From assembly GCA_934120395.1 (NCBI GenBank), contig CAKOTZ010000001.1, positions 63,065 through 127,064 of the forward strand: a stretch of 64,000 nucleotides of DNA, written 5' to 3'. Positions 1 through 10,974 of the stretch are shown here, one piece after another. This DNA comes from an uncultured Clostridia bacterium (lineage in GTDB: Bacteria > Bacillota > Clostridia > TANB77 > CAG-508). The translations under genes and the position numbers were made by a program. The notes beneath the pieces are model-generated. The model saw only the letters and a list, made by a program, of their open reading frames with translations, searched no databases and was not told the DNA's origin. How positions within the stretch are numbered: the first letter of the stretch is position 1; every line of letters begins with the position of its first letter.

Positions 1-799
1 AATTGTATTTATGTATAACAATGAAGAATATTCTATTACAGAATATCAAAAGACAGGAATAGCTAATGATAGAAATTCAGATGTTATTTCTAAAAAAGTT
101 ATATTTGATGGAAAAGAAGTAGATGCAGGAGTAACAGATATAATACAAGTTGGAGATAGAAGTTTGTATAGTATAGATATTGGATTATACAAAACACCGA
201 AATTTAATTTAAAATTAGAAGCGGGAATAACAAATATTACGGTTTCAACAAGTAAAAATACAATTAGACAAGACTATAATTTAGCACAATTTGCCAAGCA
301 GGAAATTCATAGTAAAGAAATTAATGGAGCAGAAGTTATTATAGAGTATACATTGAATATTACAAATACAAGTGATGTAGCTGGAAGTGCAACTGAGATG
401 TTAGCTAATATACCAAGTGAAATGACATTAAACTCAAATATGAATCCAGATTGGTATGAAGGAAAAGACAAGAAAATATATTCTATTGCTTTAGCAGATA
501 AAATATTAAAACCTGGTGAAAGTACGCAATTAAAAATGTACATATCGAAAAAAATGACAGATAAAAATACAGGTAACTTTAATGTTAATTTTGAAATATC
601 AGAAACGTATAATCAAAACGGAATAGAGGAGGAAACCAAAGAAGATAATAATCAAACGATTAAATGTTTGATAACAGTTGCAACAGGAAATACACCTATT
701 TATATAGGAACATTAATAATAATTCTTATTGTATTAGCAGGAGTTATAAGTGGTGTAAAATTTTCTAGAAAATTCAAAAAAGAAAAGAGGTGGAAATAA
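1..799 (+). CDS. C-terminal fragment (5' partial, open from window start) of a giant type B surface protein; DUF11-like C-terminal module, then motif VATGN, a TM helix and a basic tail
   Basis: ORF 11..799 is open to position 2 with no upstream stop. The C-terminus ...NWYEGKDKKIY...LITVATGNTPIYIGTLIIILIVLAGVISGVKFSRKFKKEKRWK parallels the C-termini of the 24573 and 37975 genes. Confidence 0.6.
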   Translation, partial: IVFMYNNEEYSITEYQKTGIANDRNSDVISKKVIFDGKEVDAGVTDIIQVGDRSLYSIDIGLYKTPKFNLKLEAGITNITVSTSKNTIRQDYNLAQFAKQEIHSKEINGAEVIIEYTLNITNTSDVAGSATEMLANIPSEMTLNSNMNPDWYEGKDKKIYSIALADKILKPGESTQLKMYISKKMTDKNTGNFNVNFEISETYNQNGIEEETKEDNNQTIKCLITVATGNTPIYIGTLIIILIVLAGVISGVKFSRKFKKEKRWK

Positions 800-800
800 T

Positions 801-3800
801 TTGAGAATAAATAGAATAATAACAATTCTGCTTTTATGTTTAATTCTAGAAATTAGCCCAATTTCATATGCAAGGGAAAATTTGAACAATGTAAATGTAT
901 TGGAAAATAAACAGAATACAACTAGTAGTGCACAGCTAAGAGAAGGAGCAACTACAGATGAAAATAATGGAGATGATTATGATAATTTTAGTATTACTTT
1001 AGATGCAGGATATAATTATGGAGAGCAAAAAGTTGCGTTAGAATGGACTGGTGTTAAAGATGAAGTAAAATTATCTGATAAAGCAAAAGTTGGAGATTAC
1101 GTTAATTATCCAATTTCTACCGATACAATTAATCAAAATTTTAACACTATGATTAAAAGAATAAGAGATAAATCACAAGTTAGTTTAAACAATACTGCAT
1201 GGAGAGTTATCTATAATGATGGGAAGACTGTTAAAATTATAAGTACAGCAACAGTAGCAAGTACAACAGTATCTGGAGAGAATTACGATTGGTCATACTC
1301 AAATCCTTATGCTTATGGTGATGCTAATGCAGACAATGGAGGATATGGACTATATTATCAATTAAGTGAAATTGCAAGATGTTTTTCAGACAAAAATTAT
1401 GTAGATAGCATACGACCATTTGACTTAAAAGATTTACCACATACACAAGCATTAACTGAATTAAAGCAATATTTGGGAAGAACAGATGCAGAACAATTAG
1501 CTGTTGAATTGGTTCAGGATGGATATGATAAGATAAAAGATACAGATAAACATGGAGGGATTTTTGGAACAGGACTTGGTGGTTCAAGGAATTATGATAC
1601 TGTAGTTGGAAGAATTTTAGATAGAAACAATTTATACATAGGTGGAAATAAATTTTTTATTCCAAACTACTATAATGCAGAAAGTTCATTAAATTCTGTT
1701 TATTATATTGATGGAACAGATGTTAAATTGCACAGAGTAAATCCAAAAGGAAAATCTATGACAGCAGGGATAAAAGTGGTTATAACTTTAAAGACAGATT
1801 TATATCAAGTTTCTGGTGAAGGAACACAAGAACAGCCATGGGAAATATCTAGTAATCCAGGAAATGGAACTTATACAGTATATCAAAAAGCTGGAGATGG
1901 CGAATATGAAGAAAAATTAACAACTAAAAGGCAAAGTGCAATGTTTGATGTTTCAGATGGCATTAGAGATTTGGCAGGACCAGACATACCAACAGCAGAG
2001 CTTTCAACAATTCGTGGTGATGGTTGGAATTTAAAATTAGATATAAAAACAGGTGATAATGGAACACCATATATGCATAAAATTGTAGCAAAAACTTCTG
2101 AAAAAGAACACAGTTCAAATGAAACGACAACGGTTGTAGCAACAGGAGTAGCAGGATATTCCTATGTTGTGGACGAAAAAAGCGATACAGACCCAGGAGA
2201 CAGCATAATGTTAAAAGCTGGAGAATCGTTAAAAATAGATAGAACTATAGTAAACAAAGGAAGATATATTCATATAAAGGCAATTGACTATGCAGGAAAT
2301 GTTAGCGAAATATTACATTTCCCTTTGATGTTTGTTTTTCGTGATTTGAATTTATTTAAAACTTATCAAGAAGCATCAAATATAGATGAAACAGGAATAG
2401 CAAGAACTGCTGGTTGGAACTATGTAAATATTGATTGGAATCCAATTGAAATAGAAAAAGATGACCCAGCAGAATTGCCAGAAGTAGCAATAGTTATAGA
2501 CCGTTCTGGTAGTATGAGTGGATCAGGAATGTCAACTGTAAAATCAGGAATGAATGTATTAATAAATAAATTATTGGATTATTATCCAGATATGAAAATT
2601 AGTATCATATCATTTAATGGTGGTGTAAGTTTACATATAAGAAGTTCTAATAATAGGGGAGCACTAATTTCGGCAGTAAATAGTTTAGGCGCTTGGGGAA
2701 TGACAAATGCTGGTGCAGGAATAAGTGTAGCAAATAACATATTAGCACAGTCAACACAAAAAAATCATGTGTTAATTACAATGACTGATGGATGGTCAAA
2801 TGAAGGGGAATGGCCTAATAATGGTATTGCAAGAGCAAATGCAAGAGGAACTAAAACTATAAGTTTAATTATTAATTATGGAAGTACATCACAATTTACC
2901 AATAGTAATAAATTATATGTGGTATCTAGTGGAAATAATTCACTATACAATACAATTGCATATAGTTTATATCAAGAAATTCAGGATACAATGATTGCTA
3001 GATATTATGCATATAGAGACCAAGAAGGAGTTAACCAATATGAATTAATAAAGGGAGAATTGACAGAGGTAAAATATGGAGATGGAGATGCAACAGATAA
3101 AGCTGGACCAACAAAACCATTAGTAACATTATCCGACACAGCAGATAAAAATAATACAATAAAAATGAATGTTTGGGCAGAAGATAGGGGAACATCGTAT
3201 GAGTTCTATGTTAAATTTGTTCATCCAAGAACTAAAGCAGAATTATTATCAAATCCGACAGTTCAAGAGGTAAAAACTGGGATACAAGGATATGCATGGA
3301 CTGTAGATGACAATTCAACAACAGACCCAGGAGGTAATATTCGAGATTTACAGTTTACATTTGGAAAAGAGTCAATTGGAAAGTGGTTACATATTAGAGC
3401 AGTAGATTGGGCTGGAAATTTGGGAGATGTTACACATATACGAATTGAAACAAGTAGATTTATTCCGTGGGAGGAGCTAAATGAAACAAAGGAATTGTTT
3501 TGTGTTCAACATGGACAGACAATTCCAGCAAGAGAAGATGCAGAGCATTTAAATGCAAAAGTAACTGCGGGAAGTGGAGAATATAAATTAGATGAGGTAG
3601 TAGCTGATCCAAAAACTGGTGATAGAATAGGTAATAGATTTGTAGAAGGAACAACTACTAATATATATGGAACACAAGATATATATAGTTATTCTTTAGG
3701 AAAGTATATAATATCACCTAATACGCCAATAAAAAGACCTGGAAAAGAAGGAAATGCAACAGAAAAAGAAGCATACGTATTAAATTATTACAGACAGAAT

Positions 3801-6800
3801 GACAGTTTAGAGTCCTTTGTACAGAAAGCAATGTATGGAACCGAAATTAGCAAGGGAAATGTAACTTGGAATTGGAATACAACGGTTGCAAGTGAAAGAC
3901 TATTAGCTGAAGCAAATGCTTATGCTAAATATAAAGAAAAAGGATATGAGGTATCAGATAAAAAACTAAGTTCAGAAGTATACATGGATGATGACTACAA
4001 AGATATATTGGTAGGTCCATTTTCATTAGATTATGACCCACAAGGCTTTAAAAGTGGAGATAGAGAAGTATATTTTGCAAGTATAACAGGAATGAAAATC
4101 TATGACCAAGACAATAATGTAATAGCAGAGCTAAATAAAGATGGTAATAACATCGGAAATATAGAAGCGGAATTTGTATATACGGGAACTGCTATTGCAT
4201 CTAAAAGATTAGAACCAATGTTTACAAAGGAAAAGTATAAATTTCCCGTTGCAGATGAGCAATTTTATATAAAACTAAAATATAATCAAAACTTAGATAA
4301 TGTAAGCAAAATAAACAAAATAGATTTTATACATACAGAATATAATGTAGATGCACAATACAATGTTTTAGTAGGCACATATAATAAGGTGAAATGGACA
4401 CCAAATAGGATTACACGCTATGATAAGGATGTGTTATGGTGTAACGAAGTCGAAAATGGACACAATACGTGTATTCACAATAAGACATATAGCCATATTG
4501 TAGGTTGTTATTTTTATTTAACAGCAACTGTATACAATTCATATAGAGAAATACCATCTCAAACATTAATTGATGTATTGTGGGCAAAGGATTATTACAC
4601 AACAAAAATACAAACATTAACAAAAGTATCAGGAGAAGATGATTCAAACGATGAATGGAAAGTTAAAATGAATGTATCAGGAAACATTTGGGAAGATGGA
4701 ATGGAGGAACAAAATAATGGAATAAAGGAAAATGGGGAATTTGGACTTGATAAAGTAAGAGTTAATTTGTATAAGGTGGATAAAAATGATAACAGGACAG
4801 GAGATGGATATTATACTTATTCATATGCTGTAGGAAATTACGAATTGACAGAAGTACTAAGAGGAATGTATGATATAGAATTTGTATATGATGGTCAACA
4901 TTATAAAAGCACAAAGATGTTAGTAAACGGTAATATTGTAGATTATAAATCAGATTATACACATCAAAAGTATATAAACAATTCAGTAACTCAAGAAGTT
5001 GAAAAAGAAAGGGATAATTTTAATAAAGCATATACAGAAATTGCTGGAAATGATACTGCAATTGGAACAAGGGGAGAAATTGGATTAACATATGAAAGTG
5101 ATATAAATACATCAAAAATACAGACGACAGATAATGGATATGTAAAAGACCAGTTTGCAATGGCTTCAAGAACATCAAGTTATAATATTTTTTATCCAAT
5201 TTCTAAGGAAATCATAATACAAAATAAAAGGTATATTAAAATTGTTGACAGTAAAGATGTAAACTTTGGTTTAGCTAAAAGATATATAACAGATATTAGT
5301 TTAAAAACAGATTTATATGAAACAATTTTTAGTATTAAAGGTAATATACAACGATATATATTCTCGGAACGAAACATCAGGGATATTAATTCTAATATAG
5401 AAAAAGACGAATATATTCAAAAAGTAAATAGAGCTGATTATAATTGGAAACTAGACGATTTATTAGCAAAAGCACCAAATGATGAAATAAAACAAAGATT
5501 AATAGAAATACTAGGAAGTGCTAATCAATCAGAGCTAGAAAGCTATTTAGATTATATGATTGTAATAAGAAATTCCGGAGAAAAAGATGAAGCACAAATT
5601 GCTGAGTTAGCAGATTATTATAGCAAAGACTTGGAATACGCTACTAAGTATAGGGACTTTGATATTACTTCATGGGCTCAAGTAAAGTATGATACAGTAA
5701 ATGAAGATACAAATCAAAACAAAACAGATAAAATAGAAATTAAATGGACAACAAGCTCAAAATATGGAAATATGGACAATCCATATAGTGATAAATACCA
5801 AAAAATTTATACAACAGGATTGGATAGAGAAGAATTAAGAGTTAGAAAAGGAGAATATCTTGAAATTCATATTATTTTAAAAACTAAGAAAAATAGTGAA
5901 GGTAAAATTGAATTAGATGAAGATAATGACGGTAAGGTAAATGTATCAGAGATAAATGGATACAAAACGTATAACATAGTAGACGGAAAAGTAGCTGGAT
6001 TAATAGATTCGGATTCAAAACCAGGAAACGCAAATCCAAATAAGCCAAAAGAATATTATGAAGATGACGAAGATAAAGCACCAACATTGTTATTACAATT
6101 AGATGAAAGTAATAATAATGGAGATTCAATGGATAACGTAGACAGTAAAAATGACATAATAAGAGATGAAGACGGAAATCCTATAGGCTATGGAAATGTT
6201 GTAGAGGGCAATGTTTGGGAAGATGAAAGAACAGGAGAAAATGTACAAAAATTATCAAATAACCAAATAATAAGTGATGGAATTAGACAAGAAAACGAAA
6301 AATTAATACAAGATATAACTGTAGAATTGGTAGAATATTTTAAACATCCTACTGATTCGAATAAAGATGTATATTTAACTTTAAAAAGCCAGAAAACTAG
6401 AGCGGTATTATCTTTAAGTCATAATAATAAATTAGAAGGAGGATATAGCTTTATTAACTTAGCTTCAGGAAATTATCAAACAAGGTACATTTATGGAGAT
6501 GAGGAGCAATTGCAGAAAAATGTAACTTATAATGGACAAGACTATCAGGCTATTTCGGCACAAGATATTAATGAGAAATCAGAAACAAAGAAGTCATATA
6601 ATGATATAGAAATAATGTTAGTAGCTGATACATCAGGAAGTATGAATAAAAATGGACTTGATAAAGTAAAAGAGTTAGCAGAAAAACTAGCAAAAGGACT
6701 TTATGAAAAGCTGCCAGAGGTAAAAATAGGTTTAACAAAATTTAATCAAGTTGCAGAATTAGTAAGTGAACCGAAAGAAGAAAATAGTCAAATAATACGA

Positions 6801-8249
6801 AAAATAAAAAACTTAGATGGAAACAATGAAACTGCAATTGGATATGGATTAGATAAAGCTATTAACAGTTATTCAAGAAACGCTAATAAAAAAATTATGA
6901 TTGCATTAACAGATTCAGAGGAAACTGTACAAAGTATAGAACAAGTAATTAAACAAATTGAAATTGCTACAGATGAAAATAAAATTGAACTTAATACAGT
7001 ACTAACAAAAGAGCATGATGAAATTTTTGGAACTGAATTACAGCCAAGAAGAGGAACCGTATATCAAATTTACAATGTAAATGCTGATAGCATAATTCAA
7101 AATATTTGTCAAAAAATATTTGAAGAAAGCCAACTAGAGAATAATGTAAGTAGTGCAAAAGATGTAGAAGGTGATGAAAATACACCTGGAACAAGAGCTT
7201 ATGGAATTGAAAAATATAAAACAATGGATTTGGAAAAGGGCAAAAGTTTAGATGTAAACTCAATTCAACAGTTAAGCGGAGAAGAAAAGAAACAAGCAAT
7301 CCAAAAATTAGCTCAAGAGACATATATGAATGCAAATAGTAAAATGATAAAGTTTAATGCTAATAATGTAAAGAGTACATTTATACACGAATTAAACATG
7401 GCTTTAATGAAGCGACCTCAAACAAAGTTAACAATAGATACAAAAATTGTAGGAGTAAAAGTTACTTTGCAAGATGGACAAACAATAATCGATACATCAA
7501 AAGGTATAAATAAAAATGTAATGGGAATAGACAAAGAAGGATTGCCAATAAGTGTATATATGGATGAGGAAATTATGCATGGAGCTATTTTACAAGTTCA
7601 ATATGAAACAACTGTAAAAAATCAAGGAGAAATAGACACATTGTCAAACTATATTAGTTCAGATGATAGTAATAAAACTGTTACTACAAGTGCAAAACTA
7701 GTGTTTAACTATACAAGTAAAAATATGCTTTATAAAGAAGAGGATAATAGTACTACATGGACAATTACAAATATAAAATCTATTGATGGAAAAGTTACAG
7801 ATAGTGTTATAAAGCAAGTAAATAAAGAAAATTTACAAATATATCAAACAGGTGAATTTGGTGTGGATTTATACCCTGAAAACAGTATAGAGGTACAAAA
7901 TGGCACAGGAAACTTTGAAGCAAAATTTATTACAACCTTGTCAAAAATAATGACATCAGAAAATAATGATATGGATTTAACTTTTGACACATCAATGGAA
8001 ATTGTAGAAAGACAAAATTCAGCAGGAAGACGTGCAGAGAATGAAATCCCAGGCGACTATGTACCAAATAGTACACCAATTCAATTAGATTCAACTATAA
8101 GCAAAAGAATAATAGTAACCAAACCATTAGGTGAGCAAAGAGCAACATATTATATAATCATTGTAGTAGTATTACTTATATTAGCATTAGGAATTGTAGG
8201 AATAAAAATAATATTAAAAAAGAAAAATAAAATAGAAATATTTAAATAA
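801..8249 (+). CDS. Giant type A cell-surface protein (2482 aa). Carries an N-terminal signal peptide, two vWA/MIDAS motifs, Ig-like repeats, CnaB/SdrD-B-like domains, a DUF11-like C-terminal module, and a C-terminal KPLGE motif followed by a TM helix and a K-rich tail
   Basis: Signal peptide MRINRIITILLLCLILEISPISYA. MIDAS-like IVIDRSGSMSGSG and LVADTSGSMNKNG. Repeats ending H(I/L)(K/R)A(I/V)D(Y/W)AGN. GNVWEDERTGENVQKLS.. is a CnaB-like G-x-VW-x-D signature. C-terminus VTKPLGEQRATYYIIIVVVLLILALGIVGIKIILKKKNK. Confidence 0.8.
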   Translation: MRINRIITILLLCLILEISPISYARENLNNVNVLENKQNTTSSAQLREGATTDENNGDDYDNFSITLDAGYNYGEQKVALEWTGVKDEVKLSDKAKVGDYVNYPISTDTINQNFNTMIKRIRDKSQVSLNNTAWRVIYNDGKTVKIISTATVASTTVSGENYDWSYSNPYAYGDANADNGGYGLYYQLSEIARCFSDKNYVDSIRPFDLKDLPHTQALTELKQYLGRTDAEQLAVELVQDGYDKIKDTDKHGGIFGTGLGGSRNYDTVVGRILDRNNLYIGGNKFFIPNYYNAESSLNSVYYIDGTDVKLHRVNPKGKSMTAGIKVVITLKTDLYQVSGEGTQEQPWEISSNPGNGTYTVYQKAGDGEYEEKLTTKRQSAMFDVSDGIRDLAGPDIPTAELSTIRGDGWNLKLDIKTGDNGTPYMHKIVAKTSEKEHSSNETTTVVATGVAGYSYVVDEKSDTDPGDSIMLKAGESLKIDRTIVNKGRYIHIKAIDYAGNVSEILHFPLMFVFRDLNLFKTYQEASNIDETGIARTAGWNYVNIDWNPIEIEKDDPAELPEVAIVIDRSGSMSGSGMSTVKSGMNVLINKLLDYYPDMKISIISFNGGVSLHIRSSNNRGALISAVNSLGAWGMTNAGAGISVANNILAQSTQKNHVLITMTDGWSNEGEWPNNGIARANARGTKTISLIINYGSTSQFTNSNKLYVVSSGNNSLYNTIAYSLYQEIQDTMIARYYAYRDQEGVNQYELIKGELTEVKYGDGDATDKAGPTKPLVTLSDTADKNNTIKMNVWAEDRGTSYEFYVKFVHPRTKAELLSNPTVQEVKTGIQGYAWTVDDNSTTDPGGNIRDLQFTFGKESIGKWLHIRAVDWAGNLGDVTHIRIETSRFIPWEELNETKELFCVQHGQTIPAREDAEHLNAKVTAGSGEYKLDEVVADPKTGDRIGNRFVEGTTTNIYGTQDIYSYSLGKYIISPNTPIKRPGKEGNATEKEAYVLNYYRQNDSLESFVQKAMYGTEISKGNVTWNWNTTVASERLLAEANAYAKYKEKGYEVSDKKLSSEVYMDDDYKDILVGPFSLDYDPQGFKSGDREVYFASITGMKIYDQDNNVIAELNKDGNNIGNIEAEFVYTGTAIASKRLEPMFTKEKYKFPVADEQFYIKLKYNQNLDNVSKINKIDFIHTEYNVDAQYNVLVGTYNKVKWTPNRITRYDKDVLWCNEVENGHNTCIHNKTYSHIVGCYFYLTATVYNSYREIPSQTLIDVLWAKDYYTTKIQTLTKVSGEDDSNDEWKVKMNVSGNIWEDGMEEQNNGIKENGEFGLDKVRVNLYKVDKNDNRTGDGYYTYSYAVGNYELTEVLRGMYDIEFVYDGQHYKSTKMLVNGNIVDYKSDYTHQKYINNSVTQEVEKERDNFNKAYTEIAGNDTAIGTRGEIGLTYESDINTSKIQTTDNGYVKDQFAMASRTSSYNIFYPISKEIIIQNKRYIKIVDSKDVNFGLAKRYITDISLKTDLYETIFSIKGNIQRYIFSERNIRDINSNIEKDEYIQKVNRADYNWKLDDLLAKAPNDEIKQRLIEILGSANQSELESYLDYMIVIRNSGEKDEAQIAELADYYSKDLEYATKYRDFDITSWAQVKYDTVNEDTNQNKTDKIEIKWTTSSKYGNMDNPYSDKYQKIYTTGLDREELRVRKGEYLEIHIILKTKKNSEGKIELDEDNDGKVNVSEINGYKTYNIVDGKVAGLIDSDSKPGNANPNKPKEYYEDDEDKAPTLLLQLDESNNNGDSMDNVDSKNDIIRDEDGNPIGYGNVVEGNVWEDERTGENVQKLSNNQIISDGIRQENEKLIQDITVELVEYFKHPTDSNKDVYLTLKSQKTRAVLSLSHNNKLEGGYSFINLASGNYQTRYIYGDEEQLQKNVTYNGQDYQAISAQDINEKSETKKSYNDIEIMLVADTSGSMNKNGLDKVKELAEKLAKGLYEKLPEVKIGLTKFNQVAELVSEPKEENSQIIRKIKNLDGNNETAIGYGLDKAINSYSRNANKKIMIALTDSEETVQSIEQVIKQIEIATDENKIELNTVLTKEHDEIFGTELQPRRGTVYQIYNVNADSIIQNICQKIFEESQLENNVSSAKDVEGDENTPGTRAYGIEKYKTMDLEKGKSLDVNSIQQLSGEEKKQAIQKLAQETYMNANSKMIKFNANNVKSTFIHELNMALMKRPQTKLTIDTKIVGVKVTLQDGQTIIDTSKGINKNVMGIDKEGLPISVYMDEEIMHGAILQVQYETTVKNQGEIDTLSNYISSDDSNKTVTTSAKLVFNYTSKNMLYKEEDNSTTWTITNIKSIDGKVTDSVIKQVNKENLQIYQTGEFGVDLYPENSIEVQNGTGNFEAKFITTLSKIMTSENNDMDLTFDTSMEIVERQNSAGRRAENEIPGDYVPNSTPIQLDSTISKRIIVTKPLGEQRATYYIIIVVVLLILALGIVGIKIILKKKNKIEIFK

Positions 8250-8256
8250 AAAACAA

Positions 8257-8296
8257 AAAATCTTGAAGACGAAAATGTTTTCAAGATTTTTTATTT
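8257..8296 (+). terminator. Rho-independent terminator after the giant type A gene
   Basis: Stem aaaatcttgaa / ttcaagatttt of 8-11 bp, a 12-nt loop, then ttatttcc. Confidence 0.55.
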
Positions 8297-8484
8297 CCAC
8301 TAATATATTGTATTTTTTGACAAAGTATAATAAAATAATAAACATAATTTGTTTATAGTAATATAAAAAAATAATAATATAGAAAAAAGTGTAAAAAACT
8401 TTTTAATAACAGCATACTTAATATGACAAACATTTTAATAAAAAAATTATAAAATTGGAACATAAAAAATAAAGAGGTGATAAT

Positions 8485-10917
8485 ATGTTTCAGAATATCT
8501 CAGAAGAAGTAGAAGAAGAGATAGAAACTCAAGAAGAGAATAAAAAAGATAAGTGGAAGGCCATAGTAAAAAATATGTTAAAACCGCAGAATATATTACT
8601 ATATGTAGTTGCATTCTTTGCATCAATGGTATCAATAGTAGATGGACTAGCACCATTTGGGTTAGCAATATTTGCAGCTGCTTGTAGTAGCGGTGTAATA
8701 GCATTTCCTGTATTTATTGCTACACTAATTGGTACTTTAATAGGCTTTGGAACAGGAGCTACATTAAATTATATATTAACGTCGTTTGTATTTCTAGTTT
8801 TAATGTTACTTGTCAGACCACATTTACAAGAAGAAAGCAGAAATGAAAAAAAGAAATTAGGAATGCATTTAATGGCATCATATTTTATGGTACAAGCCTT
8901 AAAAATATTTAGTGCAAGTTTTATGGTATCAGATGTATTAGAAGTAATCCTACAATGTTTAATGATATATATCTTCTATAAAATATTTGTAAATTCTATA
9001 CCAGTTTTAAAGGAATTGGGAAGCACAAAAGTATTTACAGCAGAAGAAGCGATTGGAGCAAGCTTATTAGTTGCAATTGCAGTCTGTTCAATTGGAGACT
9101 TTACTGTGTTTAGTTTTTCAATAAGAAATATTTTGTGTGTATTACTAGTAATGATGCTAGCATGGCAAAATGGAGCATTAGTAGGAACAACAACAGGTGT
9201 AACATTATCTGTAATGCTTAATTTAATGGGATTTGGAAGCCCAGAACTTATAGCAATATATGCATTAGCAGGAATGATAGCAGGAGCTTTAAGCCGTACA
9301 GGAAAAGTTGGAATTGCGCTATGTATGGTAGTAGGGGTAGCGGCTATTACGTTTTTACATGATGTTCCATATCTACAATATATTAAAGAAGTAATAATTG
9401 CAGGAATAGGATTATTTATAATGCCAAATAAAATAGCAATTAACATAGAAGATTTAGTAGGAAAAACAAAGTTATTACCAGTAACAAGAGAAAATAGATT
9501 AGAATCAAACCAAGATACAATTTACAAATTAAACACAATGTCAGAAACTATAGAAGAAATTGCTAAAAGCTATGAAGAAGCGGCAGCAACTATAGTTGAA
9601 GAAAACAAAAAAACAGATTGCCAAGAAAAAAATAAAGCAATATTTAAAGAAGATTTAAAGCTAAACTTAGAAAATATACAAGACAATATTTTATATGAAG
9701 ACCTTGCTGATATGGAAAATGGTATTGTAGATGATATTTTTGAATTATTAATAAAAAAAGAAGAAATAGAAAGTGAAGACTTATTAGAGGTATTTGAAAA
9801 ACATAATAGTTTCATTTTTGGTGTTGACGATGATGAAATGAAAAAACGTATTGAAAGACAAATATATCAAGCGGTAAAAAATATTAATTATACTTACCAA
9901 ATTAGCAAAGTTAATTTTATTTGGAAAAAGAAAAGTTCAGAAAGCAACAAAATAATGTCAGAGCAATTGAATACAGTATCAAAAGTAATCAATAAAATGG
10001 CAAAGGGAATTCAAGAAACAAAAATTGCAAGAGAAGAAGAGAAGGAAGAAAAAATTATAAGACTATTTGAACAAAAAGGAATAAGTTGCCAAGAAATTGA
10101 AATACGAAAAGAAAAAAATGGAAAATATAAGGTGAAAATAGAATCACTAAAACCTGTGGACACAAAAATAGAAATTATAGAAAAGATATTAGCTAAAGAA
10201 TTAGGAGAAAAAACAATATGGAAATCAAAGGCAGAAACAACAGATTACTATGAATCAGCAGATAAGTATAGCCTTAATATAGGAATTTCAAAAACAACTA
10301 AAAATAAAAGCGAAATTTCAGGAGACAGCAGTACGCAAATAAAACTACAAGATGGAAAGTATTTATTGGCAATTAGTGATGGTATGGGGTCAGGTGAAAA
10401 AGCTAAAAAAAGCAGTAAAATGGCCATAAACTTATTAGAAAAATTATTAGCATCAGGCTTTGATAAAGAAAGTTCAATAGAATTAATAAACACAGCATTA
10501 AACACAAAATTTGAAGAAGATATGTATGCAACTTTAGACTTGACTATTTTAGACCTGTATAATGCAAATGCTGAATTTGTAAAAACTGGGGCATGTCCAA
10601 CATATATAAAAACTAATGAAAATGTAAAGATTATAAAAGAAGAGACAATGCCGGCAGGAATGGTCAGCGAAGTTGAGTTAGCAAGTTTTGACAGAGATAT
10701 ATCAGATGGTGAAATTATTGTTATGTGTAGTGATGGAATACTAGAGTCAGCTGGACAAAATAAAGAAGAGTGGTTAAAGGATATTTTAGAAGAAATTAAA
10801 ACAGACAATGTACAAAAAATAGCAGACATAATTATTAGAGAGGCTATAGATAATGGCTTAGGTATTGCAAAAGATGATATGACAATAATTGTAGCAAAAG
10901 TTGAAAAAATGCTTTAA
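8485..10917 (+). CDS. spoIIE: Stage II sporulation protein E (PP2C-type serine phosphatase with a polytopic N-terminal membrane domain)
   Basis: About 10 predicted TM helices at the N-terminus. The C-terminal PP2C-like region reads LLAISDGMGSGEKA...IVMCSDGILES, and the 810 aa length is typical of SpoIIE. Confidence 0.85.
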   Translation: MFQNISEEVEEEIETQEENKKDKWKAIVKNMLKPQNILLYVVAFFASMVSIVDGLAPFGLAIFAAACSSGVIAFPVFIATLIGTLIGFGTGATLNYILTSFVFLVLMLLVRPHLQEESRNEKKKLGMHLMASYFMVQALKIFSASFMVSDVLEVILQCLMIYIFYKIFVNSIPVLKELGSTKVFTAEEAIGASLLVAIAVCSIGDFTVFSFSIRNILCVLLVMMLAWQNGALVGTTTGVTLSVMLNLMGFGSPELIAIYALAGMIAGALSRTGKVGIALCMVVGVAAITFLHDVPYLQYIKEVIIAGIGLFIMPNKIAINIEDLVGKTKLLPVTRENRLESNQDTIYKLNTMSETIEEIAKSYEEAAATIVEENKKTDCQEKNKAIFKEDLKLNLENIQDNILYEDLADMENGIVDDIFELLIKKEEIESEDLLEVFEKHNSFIFGVDDDEMKKRIERQIYQAVKNINYTYQISKVNFIWKKKSSESNKIMSEQLNTVSKVINKMAKGIQETKIAREEEKEEKIIRLFEQKGISCQEIEIRKEKNGKYKVKIESLKPVDTKIEIIEKILAKELGEKTIWKSKAETTDYYESADKYSLNIGISKTTKNKSEISGDSSTQIKLQDGKYLLAISDGMGSGEKAKKSSKMAINLLEKLLASGFDKESSIELINTALNTKFEEDMYATLDLTILDLYNANAEFVKTGACPTYIKTNENVKIIKEETMPAGMVSEVELASFDRDISDGEIIVMCSDGILESAGQNKEEWLKDILEEIKTDNVQKIADIIIREAIDNGLGIAKDDMTIIVAKVEKML

Positions 10918-10942
10918 AACTGAAAAAAACATACGGCTAAAC

Positions 10943-10974
10943 AAAACTCCCTCTTAATTGAGGGAGTTTTTGTT
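10943..10974 (+). terminator. Rho-independent terminator of spoIIE
   Basis: aaaactccctc-ttaatt-gagggagtttttgtt: a GC-rich 10-11 bp stem, a 6-nt loop and a U-tract. Confidence 0.65.

Noticed and set aside
1324-7335. Multiple 60-114 aa minus-strand ORFs inside the 801-8249 giant gene (for example 1324-1587, 3460-3654, 6991-7335)
   Set aside because: They are antisense to a long, well-supported coding frame. Their His/Leu/Tyr-rich composition is typical of reverse-strand translation of an AT-rich, Lys/Asn/Glu-coding gene.
8976-10829. Minus-strand ORFs 8976-9446, 9570-9815 and 10248-10829 inside spoIIE
   Set aside because: They are antisense to the clearly conserved spoIIE frame, with Ser/Ile-rich low-complexity translations.
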